The notes under the pieces are model-generated. The model was not told the origin of the DNA. It made no database searches and saw only the letters and a program-made list of their open reading frames with translations. A stretch of DNA of 64,000 nucleotides from an uncultured Pseudomonadota bacterium. Its GTDB lineage: Bacteria; Pseudomonadota; Alphaproteobacteria; JACZXZ01. A program made the translations under genes and the position numbers. Positions 38,940 through 50,763 of the stretch are shown here, piece after piece (position 1 is the stretch's first letter; every line of letters begins with the position of its first letter). The stretch is from assembly GCA_963749075.1 (NCBI GenBank), contig CAVVLJ010000020.1, positions 480,001 to 544,000 of the forward strand. The letters are read 5' to 3'.

Positions 38940-39878
38940 ATGACGGCAAAGGCCATTCTCTTCGGCAGCGACTTCGACGATCCGGCACCCTTCCGCGCGG
39001 TCTGCGCCCGCCGCTTCCCCGCCCTCGAATTCCGCGTCTGGCCCGAGGTTGGGCGCCGCGAGGACATCGAGTACGCGCTCATCTGGAAGATCGGCGACGG
39101 CGTTCTCGGCACGCTGCCCAACCTCAAGGCGATCCTGGCACTCGGCGCCGGCGTCGACCAGATCCTCAAGGACCCGGGCTTCCCGCGCGAGGTGCCCCTC
39201 TATCGCCTCATCGACGCCGGTCTCGCGGCGCAGATGAGCGAATATGCCATCCACGGCGTGCTCGAGCTGCACCGGCGCATGGCGGTCTACCGCGCGCAGC
39301 AGGCGAGCCGCACCTGGCACCGGCATCCCCCCATCGATCCCTCGGAGCTACGTGTCGGCATCATGGGCTTGGGCGTGCTCGGCGCCGATCTCGCGCGGAA
39401 GCTCGTCCTCCTCGGCTTCCGCACGCTCGGCTGGAGCCGCACGCCGAAGTCGCTCGAGGGCGTGAGGACGTTCCACGGCAGAGCAGGCCTCGACGAATTC
39501 CTCGCCGCCTCGGAGATCGCGATCGTCCTCCTGCCGCTCACGCCGGAGACGATCGGCATCGTCAACCGCCAGACGCTCGCGCGGCTGCCGCGGGGTGCCG
39601 CCCTCATCAACATCGCGCGGGGACGCCACGTGGTCGAGGCCGATCTCCTCGCCGCACTCGACGCCGGCCACCTGAGCCGCGCCATCCTCGACGTCTTCCA
39701 CGACGAGCCGCTGCCGCCCGCGCATCCCTTCTGGAGCCATCCGCGCGTCAGCTTGACACCCCACATCGCGGCGCAACCCATAGCCGAACTCGCCATGGAG
39801 CAGATCCTCGAGAACCTGCGCCGGCTCGAGGCGGGCGAGCCGCCCTTAGGGCTCGTCGATCCCGCCGTCGGCTATTGA
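38940..39878 (+). CDS. ghrA: Glyoxylate/hydroxypyruvate reductase A-like 2-hydroxyacid dehydrogenase
   Basis: GAGVD, GIMGLGVLG, LLPLTPET, INIARG and TPHIA. Confidence 0.85.
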   Translation: MTAKAILFGSDFDDPAPFRAVCARRFPALEFRVWPEVGRREDIEYALIWKIGDGVLGTLPNLKAILALGAGVDQILKDPGFPREVPLYRLIDAGLAAQMSEYAIHGVLELHRRMAVYRAQQASRTWHRHPPIDPSELRVGIMGLGVLGADLARKLVLLGFRTLGWSRTPKSLEGVRTFHGRAGLDEFLAASEIAIVLLPLTPETIGIVNRQTLARLPRGAALINIARGRHVVEADLLAALDAGHLSRAILDVFHDEPLPPAHPFWSHPRVSLTPHIAAQPIAELAMEQILENLRRLEAGEPPLGLVDPAVGY

Positions 39879-40137
39879 GGGTTGCCGTCGGGAAGGTTCG
39901 CGGGCTCCACCGAAGTGCAGATGCATGAGGAGACGCCGCGGCCGCGCGAGTCGAGGTGCGGCACCGCGAACGAAGATCGAGGGGCGGGCGCTTCGATAGA
40001 GCTCCGACGATGCTGCCGGCTCAGGAAAAGAGAAATATTTTTCGGGATGACAGTCGGAACCGCTGCCGAACTTAGTATTGTAATCGCGCGGCGGCCTATC
40101 ATGCGAATCCCTCCCCTCGACGACTGGCGGTGCAATC

Positions 40138-40833
40138 GTGAGAATAACTCGGCGGGCGCTCATGGCGCCCTGGCTAATGCTGAAGGCGTTGCTCTCGAAT
40201 TCGCTCGCGACGCGCGGCCGTCGCGCGCTCGTGGCCGCGGCGGCCTCGGCCGCAGTGTGCCTGCTCCTTCTCCCGAGTGCCGCCCTGGCGGACGACTTGC
40301 CGGCCGAGGCCGCCGCTTTCGTCTCGGCCGTGGCCGGGCAGGCGATCGGCATTCTCGAGAACAAATCGCTCAGCGAGGACCAGCGCAAGGCGAGCCTCGC
40401 CGACTGGTTCTTCGCCAATTTCGACGTGCGCTCGATGGGACTCTTCGCCCTCGGCGGCTACGCCGGCGGGGCGGCGGACCGCCAAAGGGACGCTTATGTG
40501 CTGGCCTTCAAGGACTACATGATCCGCAATTATTTCTCCCGCATGCGGGCTCTCGGCGACGTATTTTCCGTGGCCGGCGCGTCGCCCGACGGTGCCGATA
40601 CGGCGCTCGTGGAGAGCGGCATCGGCTCGCGCGGCGAGAAGCCGTCGCGGGTGGAGTGGCGCGTCCGCAAGCAGGACGGCGCCCTCAAGGTTTTCGATCT
40701 CATCGTTCAGGGCTCCAGCCTGGAATGGAGCCAGCGCGCCGACTTCGCCTCGGTGCTGCAGCGCAATCGCGGCAACATCGCACAGCTGGTGGACCTCATG
40801 CGGGTGCAGAAGGTCGGCCGCGAGACGCCGTAG
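40138..40833 (+). CDS. MlaC/Ttg2D family periplasmic phospholipid-binding protein (start uncertain)
   Basis: FDVRSMGLFALG, VEWRV and KVFDLIVQGSSL...QRADF. Confidence 0.75.
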   Translation: MRITRRALMAPWLMLKALLSNSLATRGRRALVAAAASAAVCLLLLPSAALADDLPAEAAAFVSAVAGQAIGILENKSLSEDQRKASLADWFFANFDVRSMGLFALGGYAGGAADRQRDAYVLAFKDYMIRNYFSRMRALGDVFSVAGASPDGADTALVESGIGSRGEKPSRVEWRVRKQDGALKVFDLIVQGSSLEWSQRADFASVLQRNRGNIAQLVDLMRVQKVGRETP

Positions 40834-40941
40834 GGCGGGGTTGCGCCGCCGATCGCGCAAGCCTCCCGCCGGCCATCGAGCGCTTGCCGAGCACCGCGCG
40901 GGCAAAGCTATAATGTCCGCCTCGGCCGAACGGGGAGGCGG

Positions 40942-41811
40942 ATGGGCAAGTTGCTGAGCGCTGCGGAGATCGCCTCATTCGAGTGCTGCGGCTACGTGAG
41001 CGGCGTCCCCATCCTGGCAGCGGATGAGGCCAGACGCCTCGAGGAGCGCGTCGAGGAGTTCGAGCGCACCTATCCCGGCGAGGTGGCCTGGGCCTTCGAC
41101 ATCAAGTGCAACCTTCTGCTCGACTGGGTGGTGGCCGCCGGCACCGGCCAGCGCATGCTCGATGCGGTCGAGGACCTCATCGGAGCCGATATCTTCATGA
41201 CCGACGCGGTCTTCCGCATCAAGGAGCCGGGCTCGGACGTGCTTTACGACTGGCACCAGGATTCGGCGCGCATCCAGGTCGAGCCCTGCTTCATCATCGG
41301 CTATCTCGCGGTCGGCGCCGCGAGCGAGGCGAACGGCTGCCTCCAGGTCATCCCGGGGAGCCACCGCGGGGTGGCACCCTTCCGCGTGGTCGAGAATGCG
41401 CCCGGACAGCCCGCGCGCCGCGTGGCGCGGGTCGAGCATCCCGACGTCGCGCGCGCGGTGCCGCTCGAGCTCGCACCCGGCGAGGCCGCCTTCTTCTCCG
41501 CCAACCTGATGCATGCCTCCGGAGCCAACCGCTCGGCATCCCGCCGCGTGGCGATCCTCTACGATTACACCGCGGCGGCCGCGCGCCAGAGCGTCGGGCG
41601 CGGCTCGGGCCAGCTCGTGCGCGGGCGCGACGAGTGGCATCACCTCGCCCACGAGCCGCTGCCCGGTCCCCAGTTCACGCCGGCCACGGCCGCCATGCGC
41701 CGGCGAATCCTGCGCGCTTATCCCGAGAACCCGCTGATGGGCCCGCGCGAGCCGGGTGCGCCGATCCGCTTTCCCGATGCGACGGAGGGACCCTACGCCG
41801 AGCCGGCGTGA
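40942..41811 (+). CDS. Phytanoyl-CoA dioxygenase family Fe(II)/2OG oxygenase
   Basis: WHQD, NGCLQVIPGSH and LMHASGANRS...R. Confidence 0.85.
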   Translation: MGKLLSAAEIASFECCGYVSGVPILAADEARRLEERVEEFERTYPGEVAWAFDIKCNLLLDWVVAAGTGQRMLDAVEDLIGADIFMTDAVFRIKEPGSDVLYDWHQDSARIQVEPCFIIGYLAVGAASEANGCLQVIPGSHRGVAPFRVVENAPGQPARRVARVEHPDVARAVPLELAPGEAAFFSANLMHASGANRSASRRVAILYDYTAAAARQSVGRGSGQLVRGRDEWHHLAHEPLPGPQFTPATAAMRRRILRAYPENPLMGPREPGAPIRFPDATEGPYAEPA

Positions 41812-41821
41812 GCTTCTCGCG

Positions 41822-43150
41822 CTACAGCCCCTCCTGGGGTGCGAGGCGCGTGCCGTCGGTCATGCGCGAATAGCGGAAGGGCTCCGGGTCGACGAGCGGC
41901 GGGTCGCCGGCCACGAGCTCGGCCGCGAGCCTTCCTGCCGCCGGTCCGATGCCGAAGCCGTGGCCGCTGAAGCCGGTCGCGATAAAGAAGCCGGGGAGCG
42001 CCTCCACCGGCGAGATCACCGGCACCGCGTCGGGCGTCGCGTCGATCATGCCGGCCCAGGTCTCCGCCACCTTGACCTCGCCGAGCGCCGGATAGGCCGT
42101 CTTGACGTTGGCAAGTGCGGCCTGGAGCACGCCCATATCCGGCAGCGGGTCGAGCACGCGCTCCGCCTCGAAGGGCGAGGGCCGGTCGAGCGCCCAGCTG
42201 CCGGGCGTGGCGAGCGCCTTGAAGAAGGCGGCGCCGAAGCGCACCTTGATCCCCATGCTGCCCTGGGCATAGGCGGGCCAGAACGCGGGCAAGTAGCGCA
42301 AGGCGTCGAGCGTGAGATCGAAGCTCGCCGCGCCGCGCATGCCGACCGTATAGCCGCCGTCGAGGCGGCGGCGCATGCCGAAGCCGGGGGCGCTCAGCGG
42401 GGCGCTCAGGACCTCGGGCGCCGGCTCGGTGCGCAGCACCGAGGCGCGCACGGCGAGCTGCTTGAGATCGAGGCCGTGGCGGCGGCAGAAGAGGCGCGAC
42501 CAGGCGCCCGCGGCGCACAGCACGGCGCTGGTGCGGATGACGCCCGCCTCGGTCACCACCGCGGCGACGGCGCCCCCCTCGGTCTCGAGCCCGCGCGCGG
42601 CGCAATTCTGGTGCAGCGTCACGCCGAGCTTGCGCGCGGCCTCGGCGATCGCGGGTGCCGCCTTGGCCGGCTCGGCGCGGCCGTCGCTCGGCGTATGCAG
42701 GCCGGCCAGCCATTTCTCCTCGCAGCCCGGCATCATGGCCGCTGTCTCGGCAGCGCTCAGGAGCCGCGTGTGGAGCTGGTATTGCCTTGCGTGCTCGAGC
42801 CAGCGCTCCCAGCGCGCCAGCTCGGCCGGGTCCTTGGTGACGTAGAGGAGGCCGCTGCGGCGGAAGCCGGTGTCGGCGCCGATCTCCTCGTTGAGGCCGC
42901 CCCAGATCGCAAGACTCTCTTTGACGAGCGCGATCTCGCGCGTGTCGCGCATCTGCTGGCGGCACCAGCCCCAATTGCGGCTCGACTGCTCGCCGCCGAC
43001 GCGGCCCTTCTCGATGAGGGCTACCGAATGGCCCTTCTTGGCGAGAAAATAAGCGGCCGAGCAGCCGATGATGCCGCCGCCGATGACGACCACGCCGGCG
43101 GAGGCAGGCAGCTTGCCGTCGCTTCGCACGGCATCGACGGGTGGAGACAT
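41822..43150 (-). CDS. FAD-dependent oxidoreductase, D-amino-acid oxidase family
   Basis: VIGGGIIG, EQSSRNWGW, WAGMIDATPD and TGFSGHGFGIGP. Confidence 0.88.
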   Translation of the reverse strand: MSPPVDAVRSDGKLPASAGVVVIGGGIIGCSAAYFLAKKGHSVALIEKGRVGGEQSSRNWGWCRQQMRDTREIALVKESLAIWGGLNEEIGADTGFRRSGLLYVTKDPAELARWERWLEHARQYQLHTRLLSAAETAAMMPGCEEKWLAGLHTPSDGRAEPAKAAPAIAEAARKLGVTLHQNCAARGLETEGGAVAAVVTEAGVIRTSAVLCAAGAWSRLFCRRHGLDLKQLAVRASVLRTEPAPEVLSAPLSAPGFGMRRRLDGGYTVGMRGAASFDLTLDALRYLPAFWPAYAQGSMGIKVRFGAAFFKALATPGSWALDRPSPFEAERVLDPLPDMGVLQAALANVKTAYPALGEVKVAETWAGMIDATPDAVPVISPVEALPGFFIATGFSGHGFGIGPAAGRLAAELVAGDPPLVDPEPFRYSRMTDGTRLAPQEGL

Positions 43151-43360
43151 GTCGGGGCTCCTGTGAGCGGGAGGCGGAAAAGGGCAGCGGCGCCCGCGAT
43201 CTTGGGAACGGGCGCCATGGGCGTCAATGCAATTCGCGTCAAGGAACGTGCCGCGGCGGCGCTGCTTGGCACCCCGCCCCTCTCCTCAACCGGCTGAAAA
43301 CGAATGGCTTTCGCGCCATCGCACGGGATGGCAGCGGGCGGCGCCCGGGCTGAAAAATTG

Positions 43361-43511
43361 TTAAAATTTGCCCGAATTTTAATTCAATTGCCGCGAGACC
43401 ACGCCGTGCCCGCGCTGTAATCTCATCCCACCGGCCGCCCCAACCTGCCGGCGGGAGCGGTCAATTCGCCAGCATCGCGCGCGGCGATTCTCATTATAAC
43501 CAAATATTAAC
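43361..43511. promoter_or_regulatory. AT-rich control region: inverted repeat, GANTC site and CtrA-like box
   Basis: TTAAAATT-N6-AATTTTAA (43361-43382), GATTC (43486-43490) and ATAA-N7-TTAAC (43496-43511). Confidence 0.5.
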
Positions 43512-43633
43512 AAAGGTCAGTCAATAATGAGATGATCAGTCTGGGCGGACGCGTGAAAATAGAGCAAAACAATCGACAAGCGAGCCGCGGCGCGGCAGCC
43601 AGCCGAGCCGGCTAAAGCGTGGAACGTAAACCA

Positions 43634-46273
43634 ATGTTGAGCGATAGGGTGGCGCGCATTCGCGGAACTCCGACGAGCCGGCCTAAGGAGGCGCCCTGCG
43701 GCGGCAATGCGCGCGAGGCGGCCGGCAAGACGCGGATCGTCATCATCGACGACCGCGTCACCAACCGGCGCATCATGAGCGAATTGGCCGCGGTGCTCGA
43801 GGAGAACATCACGGTCAAGGCGTTCGACGATCCGCTCGCGGCGCTCGCCTGGGTCGAGGACAACACGCCCGACCTCGTGATCACCGATTACAAGATGCCG
43901 AACATCGACGGCGCCGAGTTCGTGCGCCGCTTCCGCCGTCTGCCGCTCTGCTTCGACGTCCCCGCGGTGGTGGTGACGGTCTACGAGGACCGCGAGTTCC
44001 GCTATCAGGCGCTGGAGGCCGGCGCCACCGACTTTCTCCTCTCGCCCGTCGACCACCACGAGTTCTGGGCGCGCTCGCGCAATCTCCTTGCACTGCGGCG
44101 CCAGCAGCAGATCATCAAGCACCGCGCCTATTCGCTCGAGCGCAAGCTGGCGCAGAGCCATCGCCTCCACGAGGAGACGGTCAAGGAAATCCAGGGCCGG
44201 CTGCGCGCGGTGATCGATGCCGTGCCGGCGATGATCTACGCGACGGATGCCGACCTTCGCCTGGTCTTCCTCAACAGCCACGCCGCGACGTTCTCGGGCG
44301 TCGGGCGCGAGGCCGCGATCGGCGAGAGCGCCGAGGCCGTGTTCGGCGAGAGCTTCGGCCGCATGAGCCAGGCGGCCGATCTGACGCTCTTCACCACCGG
44401 TGAGGCGCCGCCGCCCTTCGAGGAGCAGCTCGTCGACGCCGCCCGGCGCCGGCGCGAGATGCTCACCACCAAGAGCGCCTTGCGCGACGCGGGCGGCCGC
44501 ATCACCCACGCCGTGACCGTCGCCATCGACATCACCGAGCGCAAGGATGCCGAGGCGGCGCGGCGCGAGGGCGAGGAGATGCTGCGCGGCATCGCCGAGC
44601 ATATGCCCGGCACGATCTTCCGCTGCGTGCTGCGGCCGGACGGCTCGATCGCCTACCCCTATATCGGCGCCACGGCCAAGACGATCTACGGCATCGACCC
44701 CGAGGAGGCCGTGCGCGACGGCTCCGCGATGCTCCGCGTCATGCATCCCGAGGACCGCGAGGGCTACATCGCCGCGATGCACCGCTCGGTGGAGAAGCTC
44801 TCCCCCATGGAGTTCGAGGGCCGCTTCATGACGCCGGCGGGCGAGCTCCGCTGGCTCAAGACCATGTCGCGGCCGCGCCGGCTCGAGAGCCGCGACATCA
44901 TCTGGGACGGCGTCATCCTCGACATCACCAACCTCAAGAAGGCCGAGGCGCACCGCGACTACCTCGCCTACCACGACCAGTTGACCGGCCTGCCGAACCA
45001 GAGCCTGTTTCTCGACCGCATGTCGCAGGCCATCACCCAGGCCGAGCGCTCGGGGCGCATCGCCGCCGTGCTCTGCCTCGAGATCGAGACCCTGCGCGAC
45101 ATCCGCGACAGCTGGGGCCTCGTCGCCGCCGACGACATCATCCGCGAGACGGGGAAGCGCCTCAGGGCCACGCTGCGTCCGGGCGATACCATCGCCCATG
45201 TCGGCGGCGGGCAGTTCTATGCGCTGCTCTGCGGCATCAGGAAGATGGCCAACGTAGCCGTGCCGCTGCACAAGCTCGTCGAGGCCTTCGAGCGGCCCTT
45301 CGCACTGCACGGCGACCACATCCACATCAAGGCCGTCATGGGCATCAGCGCCTTCCCGGTCGACGCGCGCGAGCCGGAAGCGCTGATGCGCAATGCCAAT
45401 ACCGCCCTCGACCGCGCCAAGTTCCTGCCCACGCGGCGCTACGAGTTCTACAGCGCGCAGATGACCGAGGGCGCGCTCAGGCGCATGAATCTCGAGGCGG
45501 GCCTGCGCCGCGCGCTCGACGAGGGTCAGATCGAGGTCTTCTATCAGCCGCAGGTCGGCTCGAGCGACTTCGCCATCGTCGGCCTCGAGGCGCTGGCGCG
45601 CTGGCGCCGACCCGGAAACCTGCTCGTCTCGCCCTACGATTTCATCCCCATCGCCGAGCAGACCGGCCTCATCGTGCAGCTCGGCGAGCACGTCCTGCGC
45701 ACGGCCTGCGAGCAGGCGAAGGCCTGGGAGCGCGACGGCCTCAACATTCCCTCCATGTCGGTCAACGTCTCCGGCCGCCAGCTCATGGAGGAGAACTTCG
45801 GCGATCTCGTGCTCTCCGTCCTGGGCAAGACCGGCTTCTCGCCCGTCAGCCTCAAGCTGGAGCTGACCGAGAGCACGATCATCCAGAACGCGGAGGTCGT
45901 CTCCCGCGTGATGCAGCAGCTCAGGAGCGAGGGCGTCACCTTTGCCGTCGACGACTTCGGCATCGAGCACTCGGCGCTGAGCCACCTGTCGCGTCTCAAG
46001 GTCGAGACGCTCAAGGTCGACCTCTCCTTCGTCTCGCAGATGACCGCCGACCCGGCGCACGCGGCCCTGGTGCAGGCCATCGTCTCGATGACGCACGCCA
46101 TGAAGAAGAAGGCCGTCGCCGAAGGGGTGGAGACCCAGGAGCAGCTCGATTACCTGCGCGCCTACCAGTGCGATGCGCTGCAGGGCTACCTGTTCTCGCG
46201 GCCGCTCAGCGCGGACAAGGTCGAGGGCCTGCTGCGCATCGGCACGATCCCGCCGGGCAAGCGGGCGAGTTGA
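43634..46273 (+). CDS. Response regulator / c-di-GMP phosphodiesterase: RpfG-type REC, PAS, PAS, degenerate GGDEF, EAL (start uncertain)
   Basis: IIDD...ITDYKMP...ARSRNLLALRRQ; YHDQLTGLPN with GGGQF; EALARW, SVNVS, LELTE, DDFG, KVD, AEGVET and QGY. Confidence 0.88.
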   Translation: MLSDRVARIRGTPTSRPKEAPCGGNAREAAGKTRIVIIDDRVTNRRIMSELAAVLEENITVKAFDDPLAALAWVEDNTPDLVITDYKMPNIDGAEFVRRFRRLPLCFDVPAVVVTVYEDREFRYQALEAGATDFLLSPVDHHEFWARSRNLLALRRQQQIIKHRAYSLERKLAQSHRLHEETVKEIQGRLRAVIDAVPAMIYATDADLRLVFLNSHAATFSGVGREAAIGESAEAVFGESFGRMSQAADLTLFTTGEAPPPFEEQLVDAARRRREMLTTKSALRDAGGRITHAVTVAIDITERKDAEAARREGEEMLRGIAEHMPGTIFRCVLRPDGSIAYPYIGATAKTIYGIDPEEAVRDGSAMLRVMHPEDREGYIAAMHRSVEKLSPMEFEGRFMTPAGELRWLKTMSRPRRLESRDIIWDGVILDITNLKKAEAHRDYLAYHDQLTGLPNQSLFLDRMSQAITQAERSGRIAAVLCLEIETLRDIRDSWGLVAADDIIRETGKRLRATLRPGDTIAHVGGGQFYALLCGIRKMANVAVPLHKLVEAFERPFALHGDHIHIKAVMGISAFPVDAREPEALMRNANTALDRAKFLPTRRYEFYSAQMTEGALRRMNLEAGLRRALDEGQIEVFYQPQVGSSDFAIVGLEALARWRRPGNLLVSPYDFIPIAEQTGLIVQLGEHVLRTACEQAKAWERDGLNIPSMSVNVSGRQLMEENFGDLVLSVLGKTGFSPVSLKLELTESTIIQNAEVVSRVMQQLRSEGVTFAVDDFGIEHSALSHLSRLKVETLKVDLSFVSQMTADPAHAALVQAIVSMTHAMKKKAVAEGVETQEQLDYLRAYQCDALQGYLFSRPLSADKVEGLLRIGTIPPGKRAS

Positions 46274-46418
46274 GGCCGGCGCCGCTTGCGCGCCGCAGGG
46301 AGATGGCCAAAGATCGGCGAAAATCCCGGTTGAGTCCTCGCCCCGGTCGTGCGGCCGGGAGCAGTCGCAATAAGCGGAAGGCGGGGCCGCCGCGGCGCGT
46401 TTTGCAGCAGTACTGGCG

Positions 46419-48977
<2,559 letters not shown>

Positions 48978-49059
48978 TCCCGCGCGCCGGCTGCTCCCCC
49001 CGGCGCCGCCGGTCGGCCGCCGGGCGGCGCCCTCGGGGGTGCCGCTCGGCGGGCGTCGC

Positions 49060-50097
49060 TCAGTTGTTGCGCACGAGCGCCGAGACGCGCCGGTCCTGGG
49101 CGGCGGCAAGGCGCTCCATGCGGCGGAGGTCGCTCTCCTCCAAGCTCAAGGCGGCCTCGACCCAGACGTGGGTCACGTCGAGGAGCTCCTCGTAGGGCAC
49201 CGGGTTGACGCGGCGGCGCACGCGGTAGACGGCACGGTGGGCCGTGTGGCGCCGCCCGAACTGGTCGATGTATTCGTAGACCGCGTCGTCGCCCTTGCCG
49301 TCGTCGGCCAGCACGTCGACGAGCCCGAGCTCGTAGAGCTCGTCGGCGCCATAGATGCGGCCGGAGAGGATCATGCGCTCGGCCTGTGCAGCACCTATGC
49401 GCCGCTCGATCAGGCTGTAGGCCCCCATGCCGGGGAAGAGATTGAAGAGCATCTCGGGGAAGCCGAACTTGGCGCTGCGCTCGGCGATCACGAGGTTGCT
49501 CGACAATGCCGCCTCGAAGCCGCCGCCGAGCGCGTCGCCGCGCACGAGCGAGACCGTGATGAGCGGCAGCTCCAGGTTGATCGTGTTGAGATAGACGACG
49601 TCCACGCACGCGGTCGCGTATTCCAAGAGGCGCTCGCGGTCGCGTTTGCGGATGAGCTCCACGAAGAGCTGCAGATCGCCGCCCAGATTGAAGATGCCCG
49701 GAACCTTGGAGGACCACACCATGTAGCGGAAGGGGGCGCCGGCGCCGCCGGGCTGCTCGCGAAAGAGCTGCTGCACCGAGCGCTGCAGCGTGCGGCTCTC
49801 GCGCGCGAGCTCGAGCGTCACGCTCGGCCGCGCCGTCGGGCTCATGAAGCACCAGAGGATCTTGTCTTGATCGTCGAACGTCAGCTCGATCTGGGAAAGA
49901 TTGCCGAGACGCGCCAGCCACTCGTCGCGCGTCTGGCCGGAGATCGCGTCGGGAAGGTTGATCACGTCCGCATGGTCGCCGAGAGCAGCACGGCGATCGA
50001 AGGACGGGGTCGTCGGTCGGGACGTGCCGAAGCGCCCGCGCAAGGCGCCCGGTTCTGTCGTCTTGGCCGTGTCGAGGCTTTGCCCATAGACTCGCAT
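49060..50097 (-). CDS. rpfF: RpfF-like DSF synthase (crotonase superfamily)
   Basis: FNLGGDLQLF, ALGGGFEAALS and FPEMLFNLFPGMGAYS (both catalytic Glu present); AGGAGG ribosome-binding site; convergent with rpfC. Confidence 0.88.
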   Translation of the reverse strand: MRVYGQSLDTAKTTEPGALRGRFGTSRPTTPSFDRRAALGDHADVINLPDAISGQTRDEWLARLGNLSQIELTFDDQDKILWCFMSPTARPSVTLELARESRTLQRSVQQLFREQPGGAGAPFRYMVWSSKVPGIFNLGGDLQLFVELIRKRDRERLLEYATACVDVVYLNTINLELPLITVSLVRGDALGGGFEAALSSNLVIAERSAKFGFPEMLFNLFPGMGAYSLIERRIGAAQAERMILSGRIYGADELYELGLVDVLADDGKGDDAVYEYIDQFGRRHTAHRAVYRVRRRVNPVPYEELLDVTHVWVEAALSLEESDLRRMERLAAAQDRRVSALVRNN

Positions 50098-50431
50098 TGC
50101 AACCTCCTCCTGTTTTTCGCCCGCGTTGCCCTTGCCTGCCGGCCGCGAGCTGCTTGCCCACTCACTATAGCACCGCGCCCGGTCCACGCATCAGGCGGGG
50201 TAATGCCTATAGTGCGGCACAATGTTGCAGTTTTGCATTCGTCGCAGCGCCGTCGCGGCCGCGCTCTCCATCCGCATGCGCGTTCCGCCGTCGGCGCTAT
50301 CTCTAAGCTATTGATAAATATTTATTATTACGACGTCGGGATGACTGGGCCGTGCGGAAAAATGGCGCAGGACCGGCGCTCCCCTGCCGCATCCCGGGCG
50401 GGGAGCCCCCCTTCTCGCGGCCCCTGGCGCC

Positions 50432-50731
50432 TCAGATTTCCCTCTCCTCCGCGCGCGGCGGCGCCCGCCTGGGTTGCGGCTCTGCGTGAGGGGGCTTGCG
50501 GCGGATGATGATGTCGCCCTTGCCGTCGATCGCCGGCAATTCGTAGCGGGGCAGCTGCTGGACCAGCCGCTCGAGCGCCTTCATCAGCTCGCCCGCCGCG
50601 TCGCGCGCCAGCTCCTCGACGCTCTTGGGTGCTGCCTCGTCGTTGCGCGCTTGCGCCAGGGCCGCGGCCGGTGCCGCCAGCAGCGCCGCCGCGGCAAGTG
50701 CCGCGCCTGCCATTGCCCGGAGTCTGCTCAT
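50432..50731 (-). CDS. Small secreted hypothetical protein
   Basis: Signal peptide (AAALA-Q), LPRYELPAIDGKGDIIIRRK; GGAGG ribosome-binding site. Confidence 0.65.
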   Translation of the reverse strand: MSRLRAMAGAALAAAALLAAPAAALAQARNDEAAPKSVEELARDAAGELMKALERLVQQLPRYELPAIDGKGDIIIRRKPPHAEPQPRRAPPRAEEREI

Positions 50732-50763
50732 AGGGGCCTCCTCCATTCCCTCGCGCCGCGCCG

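Noticed and set aside
39879-40137. Possible sRNA or ECF promoter upstream of the MlaC-like gene
   Set aside because: GGAAC is not followed by a properly spaced CGTT, and no convincing structure or terminator is visible.
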